Source: Amoebophrya sp. A120 (taxonomy: Eukaryota; Protista; Dinoflagellata). Taken from it: a stretch of DNA of 64,000 bases. Positions 39,951 to 52,163 of the stretch are shown in pieces; the stretch's first letter is position 1; every line of letters starts with the position of its first letter. A model generated the notes under the pieces. The model had not been told where the DNA came from. It did no database searches and was given only the letters and a program-made list of their open reading frames with translations. A program made the translations under genes and the position numbers. Where the stretch lies: assembly GCA_905178155.1 (NCBI GenBank), contig CAJINV010000013.1, positions 2,174,281 to 2,238,280 of the forward strand, given 5' to 3'.

Positions 39951-39986
<36 letters not shown>

Positions 39987-40328
39987 AGCGCGCGCAGATC
40001 TAGAAGGACGCATGAGGAGAGGATCTAGGACACATGGTCGGAACACAAATCGATTCGTCAAAGAGAGGGAATACGCGGAGAGGGCATTTCTCATGCGGAA
40101 TAGGCATTAGGAAGCCCTCTAAAAATCTGCGTTGCTAGATCATGCATTAGAGGCATCAAGCGTCTGCATACAAAATGCGCATGACAAGTCTGCATTCTTC
40201 CAGACCCAGACACTTTTGCATTTGATATCCGACTGCAGCGTCTCTTGCCACCCGTGCTCAGTGTCGCCCAAGCCGTGCAACCAAATGATGCCGATCTTTG
40301 TGCTTAGCGACCCAGACCCGGGCGTCAT
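36649..40328 (-). CDS. Acyl-protein thioesterase / phospholipase-carboxylesterase (LYPLA/APT-like)
   Basis: IIWLHGLGD, MTSWFD, GGFSQGG (Ser), HGSVD (Asp), MAHSS (His); at least five intervening sequences. Confidence 0.9.
36889..37253. mobile_element. Degenerate introner
   Basis: tatcc...ggata ends; DR gtggg/gtctg; removal gives NQQTPVLWWHG. Confidence 0.7.
37421..37699. mobile_element. Introner family E (279 bp)
   Basis: DR ggtgg/ggtgg; homologous to 9543-9821. Confidence 0.9.
38036..38349. mobile_element. Introner
   Basis: tatcct...aggata; DR ggtcg/ggtca; removal gives WFDLEQ. Confidence 0.75.
38414..38715. mobile_element. Introner, family A-like
   Basis: TIR tatgcatt; DR cgcgg/ctggg; removal gives WRFPRA. 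Confidence 0.75.
38923..38992. repeat. Perfect tandem duplication, 2 x 35 bp
   Basis: gtggcgttagaacagatttagcctctgccaatacc twice. Confidence 0.9.
39953..39985. repeat. (GT)16 microsatellite
   Basis: Direct reading. Confidence 0.95.
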
Positions 40329-40639
40329 TCTTTTCTTTGGGAAGGTAAAACAGATTTGTGTGTACTAGTACTTAATATAATCAGTGAAGTACTGAGGTCG
40401 AGGTGTGTCTAGTATGCTATATGGGCAGAAGGGAGTCTCCCGTGCTTCGAGTAAATTTAAAGACCAATGCGGCTCTCGGCCTCGGCTGCAAAAACTATCA
40501 AAAAATTATGAGGCCGAAACGTCCTTCACCTCCCGTGGCTTTCACTATAAGCAAGTACCTCCTGTATGTTTTTCCCCTTCAGTCATTTTTTTTGATCGCG
40601 CTGAAAAACAGGAAATAATTTCATCGTCATGCATAAGCG

Positions 40640-42330
40640 TCAAGATCTTGCTCTTTTTTGGTGTGCGATCGACAACGTCGGCATGAGTGTCCCTATGTTG
40701 ATCTTGCGCGAACAACATTCTACGGGGTTCACCAAAGGTAGAACTCCTCCTTTATCAGACAGACATGATCTACGAGGTACTTCTAGGTACGACTCGTAGC
40801 GCCCTATAGTCATCTTTTGACCAGTTTTTATTTTCACACTTACTTTGAGTTTCACGACTTGAGGTGTGTCACTGCCAAATTGTCTCAACAAGAATGTTTT
40901 TATCACTGGTTTCGAAAATTTCAGAAAAAACACTTCATCAGCCCCAGCAGCGAATCCATCTTTTCGGACAGGTATCAAAATGAAAAACCCCTCCTCCTCA
41001 TACTATATTCAAATGACGACTTCTGTTCTTGCTGGATTTGCGCCGTACACAAAACAGCTTTAATCATATATTGCGCTCCAGCATAGACGCAGGCGAAACC
41101 CAAACCGCATCACAGAATACGTCCCTCCATGGAGGCCTATCTAACATCCCCTGTGTGCAAGACATTACATTTGTATGCACAAATGAGCATGACAACTGTC
41201 AAATTGGAGTACGGGGAAAAAATGGGATTTTTCTTGACCATACCAGGTGGTTCGCGGTCATCGCCGAATCGTCCGTCTCGACGAGATACAGCATCGTCAG
41301 GTTTAGGTTCTGGATCGTGTGTTTTTGCCTTGCGGAGTCCGTTTCGAACTCCTTGTGTATGCTGTCGATGGAGTCCACAATGGCCGTCTCGCAGTCCCGC
41401 CACAAATGGGGCGGCACATCCGCCTTCACCACGATGACCGGAGCCTCCTGGCCGTAAAACCCCGAGGACGAGGCGAAATCCCCTTGGGAAATCCGTTATC
41501 AAAATGAGAAGTCGACGTCGTGGTTTTATCCCAAGAACCCCAGAACTACAAATAAGTGCGTCCAATATGCAGTGTATTTTTGTTCCCAAAAATGTAAAAG
41601 CAGAAGCATATTCATGCTTCTTTGCATGAATGAGCAAGAGGAGGACTGTCAGTAGAGCGGTGCATTTTGCTGCATTTTCACGCAAGCAGATGACATCATC
41701 AAACGAATACTACAAGTCCGTCGTGGGAAGTTAGCACCACAGGGGACATCTGATGTTTTCACTTTGTTCCGGGAGCGGGACGACGACCACGCCGCTTTTC
41801 GTTCTGATATGCGTTGGTCGTTCTTTTCCAACTTCGTGTTTTCCACGAACTGGTTCAGCATCTCCCACCGCGCCTCGAGAATTGCCTGTTGCTCGTTCTT
41901 GTTCAACTTGTTTCCCGGGGCAGCCCGGCAGTTGCCCGCCAGCGCCAGCCGTTCCTTTGACTCCTGCAGCGTCTTCACCAGGAAATCATACTTGAACAGA
42001 TCCTTCTTTTCTCGTTTGGTCCGCGCCTATCAAGCTGAAAAAATTGATTACCCCCGACCGCCCACAGTGGAAAGGTGTTTGCATTCTTGCAACGGAATAA
42101 ACAGTCATGATCTTCCCGTTGCATACGCATAGAAACCCTAGCAACACAAATTTCAATATCATTCGCTGCAGGGAACCAAAAAAAAAATAACTTGCGTCGG
42201 AAAAGAATAGCCCAGAAATCATCGTGAGGCTTGCCATGTGCTTACCGCATCTCACGCTCGAAGCGTGAAGCCGCGAGAGTGGTCCTCGACCTATTGCATC
42301 CTTTCATGCAAGACGCACAAAAGATTCCAC
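40640..42330 (-). CDS. Hypothetical multi-exon protein, possibly with a divergent dynein light chain (LC8)-like domain
   Basis: VIVVKADVPPHLWRDCETAI...MTANHLSEKMDSLLG resembles LC8 helices; introner at 40973-41242 (DR acagg/ccagg); ends unresolved. Confidence 0.4.
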
Positions 42331-42377
42331 GTGGTCAAGCCCTATTTATTGCAGCATACAGAAACTTTTCTAAACGT

Positions 42378-44563
42378 CTACTGAGGTGTGCGGGGCGGCC
42401 TACTTTTTCTGTTTGATAGCTTCTTCGCGCGGTTTACCAGGCCCCGCTGCCGCTTCCACTCTTCCTCCGCTTGCTCCTCCTCTAGGTCGCTGTCGATCTC
42501 GACGTCTGGGTTCTCCTCACGCCGCCGCTTCCGGTCCTCTTCGCGCTGCACCTTGGCGACCAGGTCCTGCAGGTTGAACTGCCCCTCGCCCTCGTTCAGC
42601 CGGTCGGTCGCATACTTCTGCCGGTCAAATTCGGCGTCGATGTTGTCCTCGTTTTGGACGAGGAAGGCGTCCTTGCCAAACGCGTCCTTGTTCTCGTTCT
42701 TTCGGTTCACACGCTGCTTCAGCACGGGGTGCGTTCTATCACACAGAAAAAAGCGAGCTTGAAATGGCAGATAGCTTAGCTTTGATGTTACCATGTGTCG
42801 TGTGTGTGTCTGGAAAAAAATTAATGCAAAAATAAATGCCCAGAAATAGCTGTCATGGGAGAGCCCATAGCGTGCCGTTTGGAACATGGTTAATTTCACT
42901 AGTACAAAATAAGTACAACAAATTGCAATGCAAATGATAATATGCTCCTTTTATCCTACTGCTTTTTCCATCGGATAATTCCACTGGATGCGGTTGGAGT
43001 CCGTGTGTCGGTAGAAAAACTTTCCCATGTGTTCGTCGAAGTGCTCCGTCTATCGTAAGGAAAATTCCCCATATCGGGACGAAGTTTCTGATGCTGGACT
43101 TCCGTACACAAATGCGTGCTGTCTTGCAGTAAGGCATTGCAGCCAGATCCTCAGCCTATTTAGGGGCGTTTGGGTCTAGTTGTTTAGCATTACAAACGGC
43201 TGTCCCCTAGGTGCAACAGCATGCCAAATCGCTTCCATAATGGCGCGGAAGCCTCTGCACTTGTCTGCTTGCAAGACAGACGCGATTTGTGGCCTCAAAT
43301 CAGCAACACAAATTTTCGGAATCATGTCGCTTCGATATGGGGAGGGGGGATTTTTACATTTGATACCGTCCAGCCCTTGGGCAGCTCGCACTTCAGGTTT
43401 TCGAATTTCAACTTCTTGATTTGGTTCGTTTCCACGTTCCGGTTCGTCAGCATCTTCACCAGGTACCGCTTGGTTTCCTCGTCGAAGTTCACGACGATTC
43501 CCTTGCTGCCGTTCAACAATTTCCCCGCGTCGCTGGTCAGGTCCTTGATCTCCACTTTCGTGTTCTGCGGAATGTCGGCGGTCCACTTTTTGTCCTCCTT
43601 GTCGTTCTGAAACTTCGCTTGGTCCTTGGCAAACATGAGGTTGCCCGCCCGCACCGCGATCTCGATCTTCAGCTTCTCGAACAGAATCTGGAACCGCTCG
43701 CTGGTCGCGTTGTAGGACTTCACAATCGCAAATTCCCCGTTCAGCTCCGGCTTTGCCTTCAGCCCGATCACCTCCACGCGGGACCCCGGCGTGAACTTCT
43801 TCACCGGGTCGTCAGCGTCGTTGTTTGCTGTGGAGTCCTTGTTTTCTTGCCCGTCATTCTTGGCCCCCGCCCCGGCGGCGGAACTGCTGCTGCTGCTGCT
43901 GCCGCCGCCGCCTGCACCTCCCGGGGCAATTTTCACCGCGCCGTCGCCCGCGTTGATATCGGTCAAACCGTGCAGCTTGGCGATCCGGTCTGCCTCCACC
44001 ATCTGCTGCTTCGCCACCAGCGGCACGTAGTCCACCTTGCGCTGCAGGCAGTGCTTGACGAACTGATAGTAATCCCGGGCCTTTTCCTGCTCGTCCTGCT
44101 CTTCCGTCGTGGGTTTACTGTTCGTGTTTTTTTCGCTCGCCACCTTCAGCGGGTCAATCAGCTTGCCGGTGCGCTCCTCGATTTCGAACTTGCGGCTCGT
44201 CCCGTCGTTTTCCCGGAGAAAGTAGTACATTTTCGGGTTTTTCGTGAAGAACGTGTGCTCGCAAAAGTCCGGGTCCTCCTGCTGCAGGCACTTGCTCGCA
44301 AACTGCTCGATCATGCCCCGGATGCGGGCGTCCTTGGGGGGCAGCCGGGGCAGCAGGTCGCACTTCCCGATCAGTTTTTCCTTTTTCTTCTTTTCCTTCA
44401 CCTCGTCCGCGCCGAGAAAACCGCCAAAGTAACTGTAGTCGTGGTAGTACTCCCGCTTTTCGCGCGCGTTGAAGTCGAAGTTCCCGTCTTCGTCGAACAA
44501 ATGCTGTTGGTGCTTGTCGTAGTCCGGGTGGCCCATCTGGCCCGGCCGCGGTTTGCCCGCCAT
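42378..44563 (-). CDS. SURP-like + two KOW/SH3-like + WW domain protein
   Basis: IEQFASK..FCE..KNPKMYYFL..DYYQF (SURP-like); two LNG repeats; after removing two introners LPKGWTEHFDEHMGKFFYRHTDSNRIQW.HP (WW). Confidence 0.75.
42737..42977. mobile_element. Introner family F, inside the WW domain
   Basis: TIR tatc....gaaaaagc; DR diverged cgttc/attcc. Confidence 0.75.
43051..43365. mobile_element. Introner family B, inside the WW domain
   Basis: DR ccgtc/ccgtc. Confidence 0.9.
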
Positions 44564-45668
44564 GGTGATATAGTCTTTTCGGGCGGAGGTACTACTACAA
44601 CAGGCTCTATGTTTTTTACGTCGATCTCAAATATCAAACTGGGTTCTTCGTTGTGTGACTTCAGAAGGAGGAGAAGCCTAAGTAGATGAGTTCTAGTTCA
44701 TCTAGGGGGGAAAATCAAAAAGCATTACAGGGTGTAGTTGCCTGGACACAATATACTTCGTTCAACGTCTATCTGCGTAGAGTCGTAGTACTTATGATCT
44801 CCATCCAATTTGCTCCCGTGCCTGTGACGGAGCGAAAATAAATCGATCGTTAGTCTTCATGCGTTTTCAGTTAGAAGTTCATCAAGTTGTGGGTGAAAAA
44901 AAGGGGACCTTGCAGTTTTTGGCGAAGATCTTCCAAGTCGTCCTTAAAAGTATTACTTTCCTCGAAGACAGAGGACCTTCTGCTGCTGCTTCACAATTAC
45001 TTACGGCAAACAGGGCTTTCACTTGTTGTGGTGGAAAAGCGAAAAAGAAAACAATCCTCCGGGGAGTGAGCAAGGAAGGAGTGCCGGATTTCGATTTTGT
45101 CATACAATTGATGCAATTCGATTTATTCGGTACTACTGCCAGCTACAGATTTGAAGATCTTCACGAGGGACCCTCGTCCGGCGCAGGACCTGCTGGTGCT
45201 GGTGTTTTCTTTTTTACCAGGAAAAAATGTACCTACTTTAAGCCTCATCTTTTGCAGCTGTACCAAAACGGCCAGCAAATCTTTACGAGTTTTTTAGAAC
45301 ATCATCAAACCAAGTTTCTCATCGCCTGCGCTTTCTTTTGAAAGCGACGCTTTGCTCAGCCGCATCTTTTATTTTCATTTCTATACCAGCTGTGTTCTCG
45401 GAATACTGTTCTTCGCCTTCGCCCGACAGATTGACATAATTCCCGCACTCAACACCATCTGAGCCGGAAACACCATACGGACTGGATGCAACAAGAAGTC
45501 CACATGATTTACGCCCGACATTAATTCCATTGCTCTCTGGGAGCAGGTCACCAGGATAAGCTACTCACAACTCCTGCCCCGTATTTCCTTGCAAATATCA
45601 TCTATCTAAGCAGACAAGTAGAAAACCTCACAATCAGTAATCATCCAAAAAGGTCGTAGTTCAACGTC

Positions 45669-48600
45669 TTACTCCACCGCTGCCGTCTTCGCCCCGGCAC
45701 TGCCGCTTTCCGCGTTCTTTTCGAATTTGATGCGGTTGTTTTCTTTGTTCAGCGCGAATATGCGCACGATCCAGTTCTCGCTGGTGAAAACCTCGGTGCA
45801 GTTATCAAAATGGAAAGTGCACCCCCACCCCCAGAAAACTACGGAGCAAACTTCCCGCACAGAAAGGGACTCTTTGTCTTGCATGCGCAGAATTTTTTGT
45901 TTCAGAATCTTCTGAGCCAGCTTTTATAAAAGTAGCTTCTACATGACCACAGACATCGGTCATTTTTCTGTGGCGCAGTGCAAGAACAACCCAGGAGGCA
46001 TTCGGTACTCTGGTTTGCAATAAATTTACCATGCCGATACAGCCAATGTCGGTGCTGGCAATTGTTGTTTTTACATGAACGTTGGGAACAACAACTTGTG
46101 CGAACACATTTCCCAACTCTGGTGGCGTGAAGGCACTTCTCGCTTTGATAGAAGTGCGTGAGCTCGAACTCCGGTTTGGCCAGCATGGTACCTCGAATCA
46201 TGTCCTGGCCGCCGGTGATCTCGGCCAGCCGGTGGAACGCCAGCTTGTAGATTAGCGAGTTCAGAAACTTCTCGCTGGCCCCCTGCCCGGTGGTGTAGCC
46301 GCCCGGGCCGATGAAGTCCGACTCGGAGATGCGGTTCGGGTAGACCCCCTGGGCGATGCGCACGGGCCACAGGAATTTGTTCACGTCGTCCGAGCTGTAC
46401 CGCGCCACGGAGCCGGACAGGACCAAAAAGTAGTCGGCGTCCAAAGACTTCAGGATCTTCCACGCGGTTTTTTCGTCGGACCCGAGCACGAGCCCGATGG
46501 TGGCAATGTGCGTGTTGTTCCAGGTGTTGTTGTCCACGATCACCGTGCGGTTTGCCATCACGGTGAGCTGGTAGCCGTAGTCCCACCAGCTGGCGATGGT
46601 GGCCTTCTTGTGCGTGTTCTGCCGGATCCAGTAGTAGGCCTCCCGGAAGTCGTCCTGGATGATCCGCGTGCCGTCCCGGAGGTTACTCGCCATCACGATC
46701 GAGGGGGAGGAGTAGGCCGTAGAAGAGATCATGGTACAGTGGGTCACGTACTTTGCGAGGGTGAAAAACAGCACACTGGCTACCAGGATGGAGGACGTCT
46801 ATCGTGGTCGAACAAGAGGACTTTTCTTGCTGATTACTTGACACACGCAATGGTAACCACCATAGCATAAAATTTCAATTTCAAGCAGCAAAAAACCATG
46901 AGAAAATAACTCCGCACACTTAACCCAATCAATCACGTCTCTCCGTACCTTGAAGTGTTTTGCGATCGTTTTTGGGGGCTCGCAGTGTCGCAGGTTCGTC
47001 ATGAACACCGTGAGGACGTGGCTCGTTCCCAATCCGGACAGGCAGCAGCAGGCGGGAGACATCACGAGAAGAAGACGGATCATCACCTAATTTGCGTTTG
47101 CCACAGCATGGAGGACTTGTCAGATAAACTTTTTAAACGGCGTACTTTCATGTCCCAGGACATACTTTACCTCCTTCATCGAGCGTCAAAACGAGAGGCA
47201 TACGAACATAGAGATAGAAGTTGAATAAAATCAGATGCATTTAATATCCTCTGACGCTTGTTTTTAAAACTTCTTACCCCCGAGAAATAGGTCGACAGCA
47301 AGCCGAAGACGCCGAGAAAAAGCAGCCCAAACGACCGGTTCCAAAAGCAGTGAAACAAGCCCAGCGGCAGAAGGAAAACCTGAAAAATTTATACGATGTT
47401 TTTCCTCCTGTATTTCCATTCACAAAAACTTCTACGATTGACCGTTATTAGCAGCGCAAACGCCTACTTTTCTCATGTCGCATCGCCAAGCAGGTGACCC
47501 TTTTGTGCGGGCATGAAAGAACGCACATTTTCATTTTCTTTTTAGTACCATGACATGCAGGTCCATCACGTAATTGATCCAGGTTGTCGGCTGGTGTTCG
47601 GACACTGACGCGATAATAGGGATGTAATTTCCCGTATGCACTGCAAACATGATGTCTGTAGTATTGGAAAAGTGCGAAGTTCGTGGTGGCGCGCTCTGCC
47701 TGTCACACAAAAACCTCTCTTGCATGAGTTGCAAAAGATGCCCCCTTTTGGTCACGCTGAGCGGTTGGGCATAATTCCCAAGGCCTTGCAGAACCTGTGT
47801 TGCTACGCCCTGCATCATTCCAGATCCAGACTGTGCGAGGCCTGATGAAAACTCCTGCATGACGAACTTCTGCATCTTTCCAGACTGAGATGACTACATT
47901 TTTGCATTTGATATCTCGCGTACGTCGGATCAAGCAAGGTCAGACTCCGTCCCGACCACTGCGACTTGTATCAAAGTGAAAAAACAAGCCCCCTCTACCC
48001 CAGAGAACTCAAACCGAGATTTCATCTTAAGCCGGATTTGCAATTCAGAATCCTATTCTCAACCGACTGCGGTGAAGTGCAGCAGGTGAGTAAAAATCTC
48101 CCTTTTGAAGAGGATGGGGTGGGGGGACATAGATAATTTTTCCCCACGATAGCTTTCCCGTCATGGTCAGATACGTGACCAGCAGCAGGAAAAAGCACAA
48201 AATGACCGCGATGATGCCCCTACCCGACAGCAAAAACTTTGTCGTTTTGATCTTCCAACCGGCCAGATTTGGTGCGGAGAAAGGAGACCCGCCACTTGTC
48301 CCGCGGCTCATGCTACCCTTGCTCCGGGACGATGAACTTGCGGCGACACTAGAAGTACCACTACCCTCCGTCTGCAGGCCGGTTAGCAGGTCGGTGAAGA
48401 CTTCGGATTTCTTCAGGCTCAGGACGTACTTGGAGAGCTTGTACGCCTGGCACAGCATAAAAATCCCGTGGCTCGCCAGGTGCTCCGACGACTTGACCGC
48501 GCCCATGTTCACAAACGGAATGTTGAGGCAGAACACGGTTCCCAGCACGTACCACAGGCAGTAGGCGACATAGGCGGAGCCGGACAACCGGTCGAGACAA

Positions 48601-50922
48601 AGGAGCGCGAAGGCTGATAGGGTTTTTCAAATGACATGTTTCGACATCTCATGGCCGAGCTCACATGAGAAATATTTGTTTCCCTCGACGGGTAGATCAT
48701 GGATAGTAAATAAGTCTGACACGACAACAGATATTCACTTCGAATACCGTAAATCGCGATCGTGTTTGTCAAGAAGACGTAGCCACCCCAGGTTGAGAGC
48801 GATATGGAAGGGGACAAACATGTTCATTTCAGGGGATTGCGACGCATTCGACCCGCATCAATAAGGATGGAATTTTATCTGATCGCACACAAGCAGCATT
48901 CAGAAGGCAAGTAAGTACTTACTTCTTCTGTGTGGAGCCCTCGCAATAGCAATGGAGAACTTCGTTGAAATCTATCTCACATCAGATGAACCGTTTTTGA
49001 AATAAGCAAACGTTTATTTTTCCCATTCCATAGCCATGTACAGGTAGCTAAACGAGGCCAGCACCGCATGAAACATCGTTCCCTCCTTGACCGCCCGAAT
49101 GAAATTGTAGAAGGCAAAAATGTATCCCGTGGAAAAGTATCGGCGTCGCACGACTTGCAATTCAGCATGACAGACCTGCTTTGAATATGTCAGCTCAATC
49201 AATACAGATAGATACGCATGTTGACTGCATTCGTTTGTATTTCGATTTCCTGTTGGGCAATAGATTTTGCATGCGACCTGTGCTAAAACGATACTTTTGC
49301 ACTCCTTAACACCAGCGCGAAAATGGCCACGCACTCGTTGTCGTACGATCCCGCCACCGAGCGCGACAAGTAGGAGGGGCAGATCGCCATGAAGAATGCC
49401 GCCACGAGCCCCGCTTCCGGCTTACTCGTAATCTCCTTCGTCAGACAGTACGCGGAGAGGGAGGTGAACGCCGCGAACGTCGGACCCATAAACACGCAGA
49501 GGTTTCGCACGTTCACCACCAGGCTATGCATGGCAAATATGCCTGGGTCTGGAAGCATGCAACTGAACTTGTGACGCTGTCTGTGGATTCTGTAAAAATA
49601 TGTATTGAATGCGCAGCAAGAACATCAGTCCAGGCTTTGCTACTACCGAAGGGGGCGTCTCTGATGCAGCAGAGGCATGAAGAAGCTCTCAAAAACTCTG
49701 TGATCATACGGCCTGGTACATCACAGGCATCATGGCTCATGCAAGATGCGCATCACAAACGGCGCACTTCTTTTCCAGACCCAGACGTATTTGCATTTGA
49801 TACAGGCCGATGGAGTGCAATACGCCCTTCAACACTGCAGTGGTGGTCATCAGACCCGGAATATCAAATGCAAAAATGTCTGGGTCTGGAAGGTCACAAC
49901 TTGTGATGCTGTCTGTGGATTCTAAAAAAAAACTGTATTGCATGACCAGCAAGAGGGGTCGGGTTTGTCCTACGTGGAGAGGGCATTTGTCATGTGGTAG
50001 ATGTATCACAAAGCCCTCTAAAAATCTGTGATGCTATGGCATGCAGCAGAGACATCATGGCTCATGGAAAATATGCATGACAAATCTAGAAATCTTCCAG
50101 ACCCAGACATTTTTACACTTGATAGGGAAAGAGCGTGTGGCCGATGACGCGCCCGAGCGGGTACCAAGACTGGTCGTCGAACCAGTTCCAAAACTCCAAA
50201 AAACCGTGCTCGGAGAGGTAGTTTGTCGTGCGGTAGTTGAAGTAGGGGTCAAACTCGTGGATTACGGACTCGAACCGGATCACGGCGAACAGGCGGATGC
50301 AAAATATCAACTGCAAATTATATCTCTCAGTCTGGAGGATTGCAAGATTTGTCATATGCTTGTTTCGTGAGATTCTTTTATTAAGTCGGGCATGCATGCT
50401 GCCGAAGCGCTCCGCGCGCTTGCCATATGCAAGAGCGGTGTATTCTATTTGTAGTCCTGCGCAAGAACCAACTCAGTTTAACTAGTCATGCTTCTTCTAA
50501 CCTGTGTACTGACATCTCCGTACTATCATTCCCCAACCTGCCTCTCCAGTCTATTCTCCAGACCGAGACATGCCTGCCCTTTTGATACAAAACGCAAGGA
50601 GGCAAATGACCCCGAGAATTACCACGCGGAGCACCGGCGCCCAGGTTTTCCCCGTGAAGAAACTGGTTTGCGCCAGCCGGGACTGGAACAACGGCTGCAG
50701 TGTTTTTTCCTCGACTTGCACAAAAACCTGGGTAAGCACGTCCAGTTCCGCGGGCTTGCGGCTGTCGGCGGAGAAGTTATCATTGCTGCTGCCCCTCTTG
50801 CTGGAGGTGGGTCCTATCATTTTTTCTTCTGACGACGATCCGGCCTCATTTTTGGAACTCGACTGCCCCTCAGACTTCGCATTGTTCCCGCCTCGGCCTG
50901 CTCCGCCGCGTTTAGGCGGCAT
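45669..50922 (-). CDS. STT3: Oligosaccharyltransferase catalytic subunit STT3
   Basis: [57 protein letters not shown]. Confidence 0.97.
45803..46150. mobile_element. Introner in STT3
   Basis: tatcaaa...tttgata; DR gcagt/gaagt. Confidence 0.8.
47635..47913. mobile_element. Introner, family A-like, in STT3
   Basis: DR tcccg/tctcg. Confidence 0.8.
49525..49802. mobile_element. Introner family A in STT3
   Basis: DR caggc/caggc. Confidence 0.9.
49862..50124. mobile_element. Introner family A in STT3
   Basis: DR cggaa/gggaa; 59 bp from the previous element. Confidence 0.9.
50305..50587. mobile_element. Introner, family A-like, in STT3
   Basis: DR caaaa/caaaa; removal gives LAFCIRLF. Confidence 0.85.
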
Positions 50923-52163
50923 GTTCGACGGGAGTGGACTGGGGTTCGGTTGAAGTAGAGCGTATTTCAAGACGCTGCTTTGGTTCCAGCGAAGATTTCG
51001 AACGATAATCCGAGCGGGATTCTCTACGACGTCGTTCTCTAGTTGCTCCTTACCACCAATTTACGGTATAACGCAATAAGAGAAGCGAAACGGGGGCTGC
51101 TAGGAAAAGAGCTACGCAAATAACCACGAGAACAGTTGAACTAAAACGGAACCGAATGAGTCAATGACACAGACAGGACGTCGAAATAAAAATGCTAGAA
51201 AAGCAAAAAAAAAATACTAACTGCAAAACGGCAAAAGAAAAGATCACAACAAAGAAACTGAAGCAGATCATCATGAAGATCTTTCTTCTGTTCTTCCATG
51301 ACGGATCGCCGAAAGAGCGCGTAAACTTTTTTCTGTGATCTGGCTCAGTCAGCTTTTGGGCTACTTACTCTGGGCGACATGAATGGAACACGACCGAGCT
51401 ATGCTTCTCTACGGACGGACAGGTTATAATACGAAGCAACCGTATTGTTTCCTGCAGTGACCAGCAGTCGTCGTTCTTCACGTTTATTCACATGGCTTCA
51501 TTCTGATTCATTTTGCAAAGTGATAGATACAAGAGGCGCAACGTAGCGTGTTTGTACATGGGGAGATGGGGGGCTCGTGTTTCATTTCTTTATCTGTGTA
51601 TCTTCAACCGGTCGTGGCAGGCCGTGTAGAAGTCCGTTAAATTCTCCAAGATGATGATTGTTCTGTCGGTGGCGTTGTTCTTTCAGGGATGCAAACAGAT
51701 CATGCCTTTTTCCGTGCTATCTTCTCTCCCAAGTTCGAGGTTCGATAGGTACATGATTTCATCCAAGGTGGGGGTGAGTTGGAGTTCTTAGTGTGCCGAA
51801 GGCATATAGTACTTTTCTTCGTGGCAAAAAGACGACCGCTTGTACAACAGATTCTGATTCATTACTCTCCTCGTCGATATTGCAGCAGAACTAAAGGGGG
51901 TACCTCTAGTACGGCTCGATATTATTTCCAGCGTAGCAGGGTAACAATCTTCTTGCAGCAAAATTCTAGACAGGGCTACGCCAAAGGGGACGCGCCGATG
52001 TTCATTAGCTTCAGCAATTCACTCTTGTGCTTTTGGATAAGATTAAGATTGTAAAGATTTGACATTCATCGTATAGTTGTACTTACTATCAATTTTGAAG
52101 TTATTCGTTAGATTTGGTGTTATCGTAAAAGCACTTGGCTCAACATTCGCGTTTATTTCAACC

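Larger units (their letters stand above)
38775..40227. mobile_element. Introner family A carrying a 1.19-kb nested insertion (38889-40071)
   Basis: Outer DR tccga/tccga; inner DR tacgcg/tacgcg; residual length 264 bp matches the 263-bp family-A copies. Confidence 0.85.

Noticed and set aside
43421-44689. Long plus-strand ORFs (also 20678-21667 and 54774-55676)
   Set aside because: Antisense shadows of GC3-rich minus-strand genes; no protein-like signal.
2475-50370. Recurrent peptides [16 protein letters not shown] and KIPPPHI in many ORFs as a protein repeat family
   Set aside because: They are translations of family A and B introner TIRs, not exonic sequence.
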